64,000 nt of DNA, from NCBI GenBank assembly GCA_016866975.1, contig VGKP01000002.1, positions 32,942 through 96,941 on the forward strand, given 5' to 3'. Position numbers and translations under genes: made by a program. Positions within the stretch are counted from its first letter, which is position 1, and each line of letters begins with the position of its first letter. Shown here one piece after another: positions 1-8,851 of the stretch. The DNA is from Candidatus Pacearchaeota archaeon. GTDB taxonomy: Archaea; Nanobdellota; Nanobdellia; Pacearchaeales; GW2011-AR1. The notes under the pieces were generated by a model that searched no databases, was not told the DNA's origin, and saw only the letters and a list, made by a program, of their open reading frames with translations.

Positions 1-2
1 TC

Positions 3-497
3 GCCTTCCTAGAAATTGAGAATGCGGAAGACATATTCGCTGGTGGTGTAAATATAGTTGTCAAGCTGGCAAAAGGTAAGTACTTTGATGTAACTTCACT
101 CTCAGGGGGAGAACAGACCCTTGTGGCTCTTTCTTTGCTTTTCGCAATTCAGGAATACAAGCCATATCACTTCTATATATTTGATGAGATAGATGCAGCA
201 TTGGATAAGAGAAATTCTGAGCGTCTGGCAGCATTGCTACATCAATATATGAAAGCAGGGCAATATATAGTGATCACTCATAACGACTCAATCATTATGA
301 GCTCAAACGTATTATACGGCGTCAGCATGCACGACGGTGTTTCAAAGGTTCTGAGTCTTAAGATAGATGGTAAAAATTCTCAACAATCTTCTCCTCCTAG
401 TGAAAAAACAGATAGTGAAGAATTAGAGGAAAGAGCCACAATAGAAATCGAGGCAGAAGCGGCACGAGAACGGGAAGATGATAATATCAAAAGTTAA
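3..497 (+). CDS. smc: SMC chromosome segregation ATPase, C-terminal part (5' end lies outside the window)
   Basis: Frame open from base 3: ...DVTSLSGGEQTLVALSLLFAIQ (ABC signature), YIFDEIDAALD (Walker B/D-loop), VITHN (H-loop); acidic ~40 aa tail. Confidence 0.93.
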   Translation, partial: AFLEIENAEDIFAGGVNIVVKLAKGKYFDVTSLSGGEQTLVALSLLFAIQEYKPYHFYIFDEIDAALDKRNSERLAALLHQYMKAGQYIVITHNDSIIMSSNVLYGVSMHDGVSKVLSLKIDGKNSQQSSPPSEKTDSEELEERATIEIEAEAAREREDDNIKS

Positions 498-1162
498 AAG
501 CCTTCCAGAGTCTTTTGTTTGGCATCAGGAAAAATCTGCTTCCAAGTTGCCCAAGTAGTCCTAAATATTCCAGTATCTTTAAGTCGCTTCCCATGTTTCT
601 TCAGAAAAGCGATTGTATAAGGATCAGATGGATAACCCGAGCCCATATCACCATATTCTTTTTGCAATTTCTCTATAGCTTCTTCTCGTGCAACTTTAGC
701 TAAAATCGAAGCTGCTGAAACCGAGGGGTAATTTGCATCCGCCTTATGCTCGCAGTATATATCCAAATTTTCAGCTTTGGATATATACCCTATCAATGTC
801 GCTTTCCAGGCTCTTGTGTTAGTGGATGGACAGTCAACAATTACTTTTATTTTTTCCTTTCCAGAATTCAATTTATTTATTATCTCTGCTGTTTTCATTG
901 CCTCAAGAGTATTCAAATTTATTCCGTTATTTAGGGCATGGTCAATCTGGTCAGCAGATGTAGAAACAACATGCCATCCTTTGGCAGAATCTTTAATTAT
1001 ATCAGCAAGTTTCATCCTAACCAGATGCGTCAACTTCTTCGAATCAGCAACTCCTTCTTCCTTAAGAATTCTCTCATCTCTTTCTTCAATAAGCACTCCT
1101 GCAAGCATCATCGGGCCAATTAAAGGCCCCCTTCCTGCGTCGTCTATTCCAAGTATTAACAT
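494..1162 (-). CDS. rnhB: Ribonuclease HII
   Basis: GIDDAGRGPLIGP, DSKKL, HKAD..YPSVSAASILAKV.R, GSGYPSDP motifs. Confidence 0.96.
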   Translation of the reverse strand: MLILGIDDAGRGPLIGPMMLAGVLIEERDERILKEEGVADSKKLTHLVRMKLADIIKDSAKGWHVVSTSADQIDHALNNGINLNTLEAMKTAEIINKLNSGKEKIKVIVDCPSTNTRAWKATLIGYISKAENLDIYCEHKADANYPSVSAASILAKVAREEAIEKLQKEYGDMGSGYPSDPYTIAFLKKHGKRLKDTGIFRTTWATWKQIFPDAKQKTLEGF

Positions 1163-1238
1163 TATTTTGACTAGGACAGAGTGTTTAAATTACTTTGTGC
1201 TCCAAAAACTTTATATATAATCGATTAGAAAAACAAAA

Positions 1239-1406
1239 ATGGCGAATGAAGGAATTGAGAATAAGGTAGGCGGAAATGTCCCAAATTTCGATATACAGGA
1301 TGAAATAGGCCCTATAGAAATTAGTCTTAGGTTGAAACGTTTGTATAATCTTAGACCAAAAAAAAGATATTCCACATATTATAAAAAAAGGACATATGGA
1401 AATTAA
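1239..1406 (+). CDS. Possible 55-aa hypothetical protein
   Basis: ATG..TAA read by hand (MANEGIENKVGGNVPNF...); TATA-like tttatata upstream; no recognisable motif. Confidence 0.3.
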   Translation: MANEGIENKVGGNVPNFDIQDEIGPIEISLRLKRLYNLRPKKRYSTYYKKRTYGN

Positions 1407-2130
1407 AGCTTCTCAATCGCAGGCAAAATATCCTCAAATTTTGACAAAATCATTAATGGCTTTCCTTTTTTAAGGCGCCCTTTATCATGAAATCCGAAAT
1501 CAACAGCAATTGTACGTAAGCCAACCTTACTCGCTTCAAAAATATCCCCCAGAGTATCTGTTACAAATATGCATTCATCAATCTTTAAATTGTGCTTTGA
1601 AAAAAGTATCCTAAATTTCTCTTCTTTAGATTTGTGCGTTTCAAATCCTAGAATTTCGCTGAATATGTGATTTATGTCAAGGAACTTGACTAAAACTCCA
1701 GCTTTTAAGCTGGAGTTGTTCCTTGAGCATCCAAAAAACGAGCGCCTGCATCAAACTGCGGCTTTTAAGCCGCAGTGGCGCATCGTTTTTTTGATTTTAT
1801 TGTTCATAAAATAACTCTTAATTATGATTTCTTTATTCGAAGTTATAATATACATTTTATATTTTTTGTTTATTTTAGACAGCTCCTCTTTTATTCTTTC
1901 CTCAATTTTCAATACCTTGAACTCCTCTTCCTGTAACTTAAAGAATTCATCAATTGGGCGTAGTTCCTTTGAAAGTAATAAATTGTCATATTCTTTAAAT
2001 GCATTTCCGTTGAACATGTCCTTATAACTATTTTTAGAAATTGAGGGTTTAATTTTTTATATATGCTGTATGCCAGATTAAAAGTGTCATGTATGACGCC
2101 ATCAAAATCAAAGATAACCGACTTGATCAT
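1403..2130 (-). pseudogene. HAD-superfamily hydrolase, split by a 120-bp element plus a 1-nt frameshift
   Basis: Motif I VIFDFDGVIHDT, motif II IITSN, motif IV FVTDTLGDI. Removing 1676-1795 restores the frame (NNKINHIFSEILG); adding one base to the T6 run at 2053-2058 joins the N-terminus; ~202 aa reconstructed. Confidence 0.85.
1676..1795 (+). mobile_element. 120-bp non-autonomous IS200/IS605-like palindromic element (PATE-like), copy 1
   Basis: Follows TTAT, ends TGAT; hairpins ctccagc-ttttaa-gctggag and ctgcggc-ttttaa-gccgcag; identical to 3698-3817; precise insertion in the HAD gene. Confidence 0.85.
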
Positions 2131-2136
2131 ATTAAA

Positions 2137-2212
2137 TAGCGCGGGTGGGATTTGAACCGCACGACCTCGAGGTTATGGGCCTCGCGAGCACTCCAGGCTG
2201 CTCTACCGCGCT
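2137..2212 (-). tRNA. tRNA-Met(CAT), probably initiator
   Basis: AGCGCGG...CGAGG-CC-CAT-AA-CCTCG...TTCAAAT...CCGCGCTA; A1:U72 pair. Confidence 0.88.
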
Positions 2213-2262
2213 GATGATACAGCGGAGCAAGACCTTTTAAAGGTTGCTACCTTTAAAGTACG

Positions 2263-2844
2263 ATGAAGAAGAGTCAGAAGAGCAAAAGGGAGAACATCTG
2301 GAATATTCCTAATACTCTGACCTTTATCAGGGTAGTAATAACTTTCGCGATTATATACTTGATTTTTGCAAGATTTAGTCTTGTCACCGTGGCAATATTT
2401 TTTATAATAGGTATGCTTACTGATTTTCTAGATGGCCAGATTGCCAGGCGTACAAAGACAGTGACTGAGTTTGGAAGGCAATTTGACATGATCGCAGACA
2501 GATTTTTGATGACCATGACTGCCATTGCCTTAATTATCGATTTCAGCATACAGGGAGTATTGACCAGATCTCACATGTTCCAGGTTTTCCTCATCCTTTC
2601 AAGGGAAATTGTCAGTTTTCCTTTCGCCATAGTTGCATTCGTCTGGAGGAAGCCAGTGCCAGATGCAAGATTTATTGGCAAACTGACCACATTCATGCAA
2701 GGCGTGACTCTTCCCGCAATACTCTTGAGTACTAAAAATGAAGTGTTCTCATTTTCATTATATCTAGCAATAGCCACATGCATAATAGGTATATTTTCTG
2801 CATTAACTTACGTTAAGGACTTACAGAATGAGGGATTATCATAA
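2263..2844 (+). CDS. CDP-alcohol phosphatidyltransferase (PgsA-like)
   Basis: NIPNTLTFIR; signature TDFLDGQIARR...FGRQFDMIAD; several TM segments. Confidence 0.92.
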   Translation: MKKSQKSKRENIWNIPNTLTFIRVVITFAIIYLIFARFSLVTVAIFFIIGMLTDFLDGQIARRTKTVTEFGRQFDMIADRFLMTMTAIALIIDFSIQGVLTRSHMFQVFLILSREIVSFPFAIVAFVWRKPVPDARFIGKLTTFMQGVTLPAILLSTKNEVFSFSLYLAIATCIIGIFSALTYVKDLQNEGLS

Positions 2845-3140
2845 TGGCAAAAAAGAATCGTTTCAAGACTATCCAAATTATTGAGAAGGAATTACACGAT
2901 CACGTCATAGAATGGTTGGCCACATTATTGACACTCATAGGAGCGATTTTGAATGCAGGATTGATAAAATTAAGTGTGCTCGACGGCTATACACTCTCAT
3001 TCTATATTTGGTCAATTTCTAATATTCTTTGGATAACCTTCGCTCTCAAGCACAAACACTGGAGTGTTTTCATAACATTTGCAGCACTTCTTTTAGTCAA
3101 CATACTTTCAATTATTACAAACAAACTTTGGTTATGGTGA
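2844..3140 (+). CDS. Small membrane protein
   Basis: 98 aa, three hydrophobic segments; start overlaps upstream stop (TAATG). Confidence 0.7.
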   Translation: MAKKNRFKTIQIIEKELHDHVIEWLATLLTLIGAILNAGLIKLSVLDGYTLSFYIWSISNILWITFALKHKHWSVFITFAALLLVNILSIITNKLWLW

Positions 3141-3152
3141 TGTTCCCTTAGC

Positions 3153-3166
3153 AAAAACGTTTAAAA
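3153..3166 (+). promoter_or_regulatory. Archaeal BRE + TATA box for tRNA-Ser
   Basis: aaaaacg-tttaaaa ending 25 nt before the tRNA 5' end. Confidence 0.6.
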
Positions 3167-3190
3167 GCATTTGATTCTAACCCCAAGTAT

Positions 3191-3339
3191 GCCCGGATGG
3201 CCCAGCGGTTACGGCGCGAGATTGCTACCTAAGGAAACCAATGTTTCCTTGTGGGTCAACCTTCTTTAAGGAAGGAAGACGCAAATGGCAAATATCTCGT
3301 TTCCGAAAGGATTCCCAGGTTCAAATCCTGGTCCGGGCG
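3191..3339 (+). tRNA. tRNA-Ser(GCT) with 66-nt intron at 37/38 (3228-3293)
   Basis: GCCCGGA/TCCGGGC acceptor + G73; CGAGA-TT-GCT-A^A-TCTCG; long variable arm TTTCCGAAAGGATT; intron 3' GGCA pairs with the anticodon loop (BHB). Confidence 0.9.
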
Positions 3340-3447
3340 TATTACCTTCTTGTGATTTTTGAGAGACTCCGAATCTCTAGAGTTTGCCTATAATTTGTAT
3401 TACAAAACCCAAACAAGGCTTAATTAAAAATAAGCCTCGGTAATACA

Positions 3448-3697
3448 ATGAAGATAGATCCCTACAAACACAAGGAAAGGTACTTAGCCTGGAAAGAAGA
3501 AGCCATGAAAGGCATTTCATGCGTTTCTAAGGCTAATTTTGAGATAATAATGAGATTCCTTACAGATATGGAAGTAGGAGCAAATATAGCGAAAGGAAGC
3601 ACAAAGGGGGCGAGAAGCTACATCCGCCTTAATACGCTCAGAGGAAAGCTTTGCTTCTTTGCTAAGAAATTTAACGGGGGCAAGCATGGATTATTAT
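3448..3697 (+). pseudogene. N-terminal fragment of a probable tyrosine recombinase/integrase, truncated by element copy 2
   Basis: Located just downstream of tRNA-Ser; MKIDPYKHKERYLAWKE...GARSYIRLN resembles N-termini of tRNA-adjacent DPANN integrases (from memory); no catalytic domain left. Confidence 0.5.
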
Positions 3698-3817
3698 GTC
3701 AAGGAACTTGACTAAAACTCCAGCTTTTAAGCTGGAGTTGTTCCTTGAGCATCCAAAAAACGAGCGCCTGCATCAAACTGCGGCTTTTAAGCCGCAGTGG
3801 CGCATCGTTTTTTTGAT
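3698..3817 (+). mobile_element. 120-bp PATE-like element, copy 2
   Basis: Identical to 1676-1795; TTAT at left, TGAT at right end. Confidence 0.85.
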
Positions 3818-3952
3818 TTTATTTTGATCTTGTGTCTGTGTTTTTTCCACCAATTTAGGACTAGAATCATTTTGTATATTGATCGAGAATAGGAAAACAG
3901 CTAAAATTACAAGTAATAAGCTCAATCCAATAATGTAAAAGGTCTTTTTCAT
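3818..3952 (-). pseudogene. N-terminal fragment of an exported/membrane-anchored protein, truncated by copy 2
   Basis: MKKTFYIIGLSLLLVILAVFLFSINIQ... signal-anchor-like; the frame runs into the element. Confidence 0.55.
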
Positions 3953-4330
3953 AAGAAATAGTAAACAATATCTATTATAAACTTGTCGGAATTCAAATAT
4001 ATGTTAATTTCATAATATCTTGCTCAATCTGAGATTATTGTGCCGCAAATTGTGTGATTACCTCTAAGTTTGTTGTTTAAAGGATTCGCTGAAAATACTA
4101 TTAAAGCCGAAATAGTAATAACTAGGTAAAAAGTGTATATACAAGCCAAAGATTTTCAATTGTTCAAATTATCTATTTTATTTAGAAATATCTAAAGTAA
4201 GGTATATTTTTTATTAGTCAAGAGCTATTACCGTTTTTTAAAGAATCAATATCATTAAGAAATTATCTTCTGCTATCTATAACATTAAATACTGCTCTTA
4301 CAAATTCCTCTTTTACACAAAGAGGGAAAT

Positions 4331-6136
4331 ATGGAACCAGAAATTATAATTCGAGAGTCATTTTCGGATGAAAGTGACGAGTTTTTTGATAAGATAGAGA
4401 AGAAAAACTTTGATTCCAAGGAGATAATGGAACTTAAGATTGAAGCAGAGGAAGTATCTCAGGACAATGAGATTAAGGAGCTTTTGTCTTATGAGTCTAT
4501 AAAGAAATCTCTTGAATATGACCTTCCTCATCAAAGGGAAGGCGCTCTTAAGATATTGAGAGATCTTAACGGCTCAGGCTTGCTTGCTGACGAAGTAGGT
4601 CTTGGAAAGACAGTGACGGCCGGCATCGCATTGAGGGAATGTATAGAACGCGGACTAGTGAAGAACACTCTTATCCTGACTCCTCCCTCATTAGTAGATC
4701 AATGGGTTGCAGAGCTTAAGGAAAAATTTAATCTTGACTTCAAAATCATTGAAAAAGAAGAAGACTGGGGCACTTCACCATTTGTCATTGCTTCTCTTGA
4801 TAGGGTGAAGATACAATACAAAGATACTCAGATTTTCAAACATGACCGGGCACATAATATCTCCTGGGACCTGTTGATTGTGGATGAGGCTCACAAATTG
4901 AAGGATAAGAATACAGTAAGATGGGAGTTTGTCGATAAATTGAAGAAAAAGAGGTTTCTGATACTTACAGCTACACCTTTTCAGAATGACTTGTTCGAGT
5001 TGTACAATCTTCTAAACCTTCTGAAGAGGGGCCATCTTGGAACTATCCAGGAATTTAAGAAGCAATTCCTTCATAGAGGAAATAAAAGGCACCCTCTTAA
5101 CCCCAATGACCTTAAGAGAAGACTTGACGAGGTAATGGTGAGAAGGAGAAGAGATCAAACAAAAGTAAGTTACAGGAAAAGAATACCTAAGATAGTACCT
5201 GTAGAACTTTCTCAGGAAGAGTATAGGATATATGATTCCATCTGCGATCTTCTCAAGACAAAGTATCTCTCTGCAAATGGAAATGAGATAAATGGGAGAC
5301 TGGTGATTTTTGCTATCTTGCCAAAAATAACTAGCTCATCTCGATCAGCAATGGAGTCGCTTAAGAAGATAGTGGATGATCAGAAATACCATCAGACAAC
5401 AAGAGAGATAGCATCAAGAATACTCTCTGATTATAGAATGGTGAAGAAAGATTCAAAGATAGAGAAACTGGTTGAATTGGTTGGGAATATCCTTAAAGAA
5501 GAGAAAGATGCCAAGATGTTGATATATACAAAACACCCCACTACATTAAGGTATATAGTTGAGAAACTTCAGCCTTTCAATTTAAAGATAGTTGAGTATC
5601 TTGGCGGGCTTGATAGAGAGGAGAAGTCAGAGATTGTAAAGAAGTTCAAAGAAGAGGCTCAGATAATGTTAAGCACAGAGACAGGCTCAGAAGGTCTAAA
5701 TTTCCAGTTCTGCCATATCCTTATCAATTATGATCTTCCATGGAATCCAATGGCTGTAGAGCAGAGGATTGGTCGTTTGGACAGGATTGGGCAGAAAAGC
5801 GATATGCAGATATACAGTCTCGCTACAAAAAAGACTATTGAGGAGCATGTGGTAGATCTTATAATAAACAAGATGTGTTGCATAGGTCTTGTCATAGGAG
5901 AATTACCAATCATATTATTCAATCTGGGCCTAGATGAGCGCGGGACCGGCGGTGTGAATAAGATAGAAGAGATGCTTATGAATGCCTTTATTGATTCGAA
6001 GAATAATCTTGATATTTTTGCATCCGAGGTCGAAAAAATTGCCGAAATGTTGGAGAAAGGCATGGAAGATTACAAAAAGGCTAAGACTGCCACAATGGAG
6101 GTATTGGACAAGAATGAAGGAACTGGCGGAGCTTAA
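4331..6136 (+). CDS. SNF2/HepA-family SF2 helicase-like ATPase (YqhH-like)
   Basis: LLADEVGLGKT, IVDEAH, LTATPFQN, STETGSEGLNFQ, YDLPWNP..VEQRIGRLDRIGQ. Confidence 0.93.
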   Translation: MEPEIIIRESFSDESDEFFDKIEKKNFDSKEIMELKIEAEEVSQDNEIKELLSYESIKKSLEYDLPHQREGALKILRDLNGSGLLADEVGLGKTVTAGIALRECIERGLVKNTLILTPPSLVDQWVAELKEKFNLDFKIIEKEEDWGTSPFVIASLDRVKIQYKDTQIFKHDRAHNISWDLLIVDEAHKLKDKNTVRWEFVDKLKKKRFLILTATPFQNDLFELYNLLNLLKRGHLGTIQEFKKQFLHRGNKRHPLNPNDLKRRLDEVMVRRRRDQTKVSYRKRIPKIVPVELSQEEYRIYDSICDLLKTKYLSANGNEINGRLVIFAILPKITSSSRSAMESLKKIVDDQKYHQTTREIASRILSDYRMVKKDSKIEKLVELVGNILKEEKDAKMLIYTKHPTTLRYIVEKLQPFNLKIVEYLGGLDREEKSEIVKKFKEEAQIMLSTETGSEGLNFQFCHILINYDLPWNPMAVEQRIGRLDRIGQKSDMQIYSLATKKTIEEHVVDLIINKMCCIGLVIGELPIILFNLGLDERGTGGVNKIEEMLMNAFIDSKNNLDIFASEVEKIAEMLEKGMEDYKKAKTATMEVLDKNEGTGGA

Positions 6137-7385
6137 GGAATTCACGGCGAATTTTTTCAAGAATCTCGGCGCAAAGACTATATGGGAAGGGCAGATGCTC
6201 AGGGTAGATAAGGTACCAAAGGATTTCGAGGATTTTTTCGGGAAGAAATCTCCTCTGAAGTTGGTCTTCGATAGGTCTGAGGAAGGTAAGGACACAGAAC
6301 TTATCGCTAAGGGAAGCTTTTTGCTTAAGGCAATAGCTCTTTATCTCGAGAATAAAGGGCAAACGACTCTACTGAAATTAAGGGTTATGGATCCAAAAGA
6401 GCTTCTTAAGCACAAGGTTGTTTTCAATGATTGCGATATTTTTTCATTTGAAAAGAAACACAGCTATAAGACTATGGTCAGGTTCACTTTCCTTACTACA
6501 TTCCAGTATCTTAATGAGAAAGAACAGAAGATGATATCGATATATCTAGAGGAAGGTAAGCCAGTAACTTTCGATGAGAAAAGGTTCCAGTTTGAGGAAG
6601 GAAGAAAGGAAGATATAGAGATATCTGGCATAAAGGAGAATTATTCAACATCTAAGGTTATTTTGAAAGAGCTTCTTAAGCCGCAGGTTGCAGATATAGG
6701 AACTAATTTGAAGTCTAAATTATCTAGGGAATTACAGAGGATAGATTCACACTATAAAAGACAAGAGGAGGAGATCGACAAACAAGTGCAATCATTAAAC
6801 ACGCAATTGAAAGAGCTTGAAGATCCAAATAGCAAGGTCGACAAAAAGAATGCTGAGTTAAAATTAAAGAGAATCAATGAACAGTTGCAAAAAATAACTG
6901 AAGAAGATAAAAAGTCCAAGTTGAAAAAGGAAAAAGATTTCCTTCTTAATGATGAGGTCCAGAAGCACGGGCTCAATATGGATACCAAGCTTTTGAATAC
7001 TACGGTGATATATTATCCAGTTTACGAATGCAGGATGCTATTGAAAAATAACGAGGTCATTGGGAAGCCCTTAGATTTTTTATACGACTCAAAGGAGAGT
7101 AGCTTTACCTCTATAAATTGCGAATCATGCAAGGAGTCTCTCTCTTCTCTGAAATTATGTTCATCCGGACATGTAATCTGCAAATCTTGCATTCTTCCAT
7201 GCAAGGGTTGTACACAGGGATCCTGCAAGATATGCCAGTTCAGGAGATGTAATAGATGCGAGAGAGAATATTGCAAAAGATGTACTAAGAAGTGCAGCCG
7301 GTGCTTCAAGGAGTTCTGTAAGACCCACGTCATTCCAACGAGCCCAACTAAGGTTTTATGTTTGGGATGCTCAGGGAATTTTTAA
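6114..7385 (+). CDS. Partner of the SNF2 ATPase (YqhG-like) with coiled coil and C-terminal multi-Cys zinc-finger region
   Basis: Likely ATG 6114 after GGAGGT; overlaps helicase 3' end; many CxxC pairs in the last ~90 aa. Confidence 0.7.
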   Translation: MKELAELKEFTANFFKNLGAKTIWEGQMLRVDKVPKDFEDFFGKKSPLKLVFDRSEEGKDTELIAKGSFLLKAIALYLENKGQTTLLKLRVMDPKELLKHKVVFNDCDIFSFEKKHSYKTMVRFTFLTTFQYLNEKEQKMISIYLEEGKPVTFDEKRFQFEEGRKEDIEISGIKENYSTSKVILKELLKPQVADIGTNLKSKLSRELQRIDSHYKRQEEEIDKQVQSLNTQLKELEDPNSKVDKKNAELKLKRINEQLQKITEEDKKSKLKKEKDFLLNDEVQKHGLNMDTKLLNTTVIYYPVYECRMLLKNNEVIGKPLDFLYDSKESSFTSINCESCKESLSSLKLCSSGHVICKSCILPCKGCTQGSCKICQFRRCNRCEREYCKRCTKKCSRCFKEFCKTHVIPTSPTKVLCLGCSGNF

Positions 7386-7394
7386 AGTCTTTAT

Positions 7395-7615
7395 GTCAAG
7401 GAACTTGACTAAAACTCCAGCTTTTAAGCTGGAGTTGTTCCTTGAGCATCCAAACCTCAAGAATCGAAGATTCTTGATGGCATCCAAGAACAATGTTCTT
7501 GGTGAAACGAGCGCCTGCATCAAACTGCGGCTCATCAGGAATCTAAGATTCTTGAATGCCATCGAGGATTAACATCCTCGAGGTTTAAGCCGCAGTGGCG
7601 CATCGTTTTTTTGAT
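7395..7615 (+). mobile_element. PATE-like element copy 3 (221 bp) carrying two nested 50/51-bp double-hairpin inserts
   Basis: 120-bp core plus inserts at 7455-7504 and 7533-7583 (120+50+51=221); TTAT/TGAT ends. Confidence 0.85.
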
Positions 7616-7620
7616 ATTAT

Positions 7621-7729
7621 TTCGGGAACCGAAGAAAACCAAACCTCCTCAGGAATCTAAGATTCTTGAATGCCATCGAGGATTAACATCCTCGAGGTTT
7701 AAGTCGCAGTGGCGGATTGTTTTTTTGAT
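7621..7729 (+). mobile_element. Internally deleted variant element (copy 3b) in tandem with copy 3
   Basis: TTAT 7617-7620, variant left end ttcgggaaccgaagaaaac, near-identical 51-bp insert 7647-7697, ends ttttttgat. Confidence 0.7.
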
Positions 7730-7780
7730 TGTAATAATTTAACTAGAAATATTTTTAAATGTCATTCAAAGGCAAAAACC

Positions 7781-8644
7781 ATGGATAACACTAGTACAGA
7801 AAATCCTGTGAAAATAATCAATCAGATAATTACAAACACAGATATTTTCGTCTTTAGTTACAATCCTCAAACAAAACTCTATACATATTCTCGCCCATTC
7901 ACACTCCAAGAAGCCACATTACTGGCAACAGACACAAATACATTCATCAAAAATAACTATGCCTCTGCTAAGGGTCTTCAAGGAAGCCTCGATGTAGATC
8001 CAGTCACAGCAGAGATTTATAATATTAGTACACTCAAAGGCATTTTAGTAAATCAAGTATTAACGGACAAAACGAAAGAAACCAACAATCCTCAAAGACT
8101 TCCAACAATTCAGGAAGGAATTCAGCATTATAATGCAGGCCTACTGAATGCAAACGCACTGTGTAAAGATATTCTAGTCGACCACGGCATTGCCGTCTAC
8201 AGTGATGACAATCCAGATCAAGAAGTTGCACAAGCACTAATAGAGACTTCGAGAACTGCTGTCCTCAACAGTGCAGAACAAGAAATAAACGTCTTGCCTT
8301 TAGTGGCATCATTTTCTTCTCTAGGATTGCGCCCAGGTGGAAAGTGTTATGGAGTACTTCCAGTTATAGTTTCCTCTAAAGGATTGATTTACGGAGAGAA
8401 AGCGCAAGATTTCTTAAACGATAATAACTTCATTCAGGATATTAATGGCGTTCACGGGGTGGTCTGGGACTACTACGACAGTTGGTGCGCCAGCTGGGAC
8501 GATAACTTGAACATTTTCTACAGTAATTGCAGGTTGGGGAGACTTATTGCCGAAGGCAGCGCAGAAATATTAGAAGATGAAATACGCAGTATTTTTGCTC
8601 CCACTCGTTGGAGCCTTGATGCAATTCTCCTAGCAAGGGAATAA
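7781..8644 (+). CDS. Hypothetical protein, candidate DGR target with a C-terminal variable-repeat-like region
   Basis: ATG 7781 (the track's GTG at 7709 lies inside the element); 18 of 21 codons at 8468-8530 are NNC/NNT; TGCC-GAA-GGCA hairpin at 8548-8558. Confidence 0.65.
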   Translation: MDNTSTENPVKIINQIITNTDIFVFSYNPQTKLYTYSRPFTLQEATLLATDTNTFIKNNYASAKGLQGSLDVDPVTAEIYNISTLKGILVNQVLTDKTKETNNPQRLPTIQEGIQHYNAGLLNANALCKDILVDHGIAVYSDDNPDQEVAQALIETSRTAVLNSAEQEINVLPLVASFSSLGLRPGGKCYGVLPVIVSSKGLIYGEKAQDFLNDNNFIQDINGVHGVVWDYYDSWCASWDDNLNIFYSNCRLGRLIAEGSAEILEDEIRSIFAPTRWSLDAILLARE

Positions 8645-8851
8645 CTATAATTTCGCAGGATTCAAGAATTGGTATCACTTCATTTTGCTTCGATAACGCG
8701 ATATTATAAAAATGAGAAGAAAAATAGAGCAATTTGTTCATAGTAAAATTTAGTATCGAGGTATGATAATGCGTTTCCAGGATCGCAGTTATTAAGAGCT
8801 CGCTCATGAGAAATATAACAAATCAAAATAACTAAGGAAAACTTGTTTTAG

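Noticed and set aside
366-497. Acidic SMC tail as a separate domain or tag
   Set aside because: Low-complexity extension overlapping the convergent rnhB end; no motif.
3191-3339. Reading this tRNA as Cys (TTGC...)
   Set aside because: The anticodon is GCT before the intron; the long variable arm and G73 indicate Ser.
7371-7562. Short track ORFs overlapping the elements (also 28117-28344, 43502-43726, 46258-46467, 46316-46507, 61281-61490)
   Set aside because: They are translations of the repeat itself, with the same peptide recurring, and there is no transposase motif.
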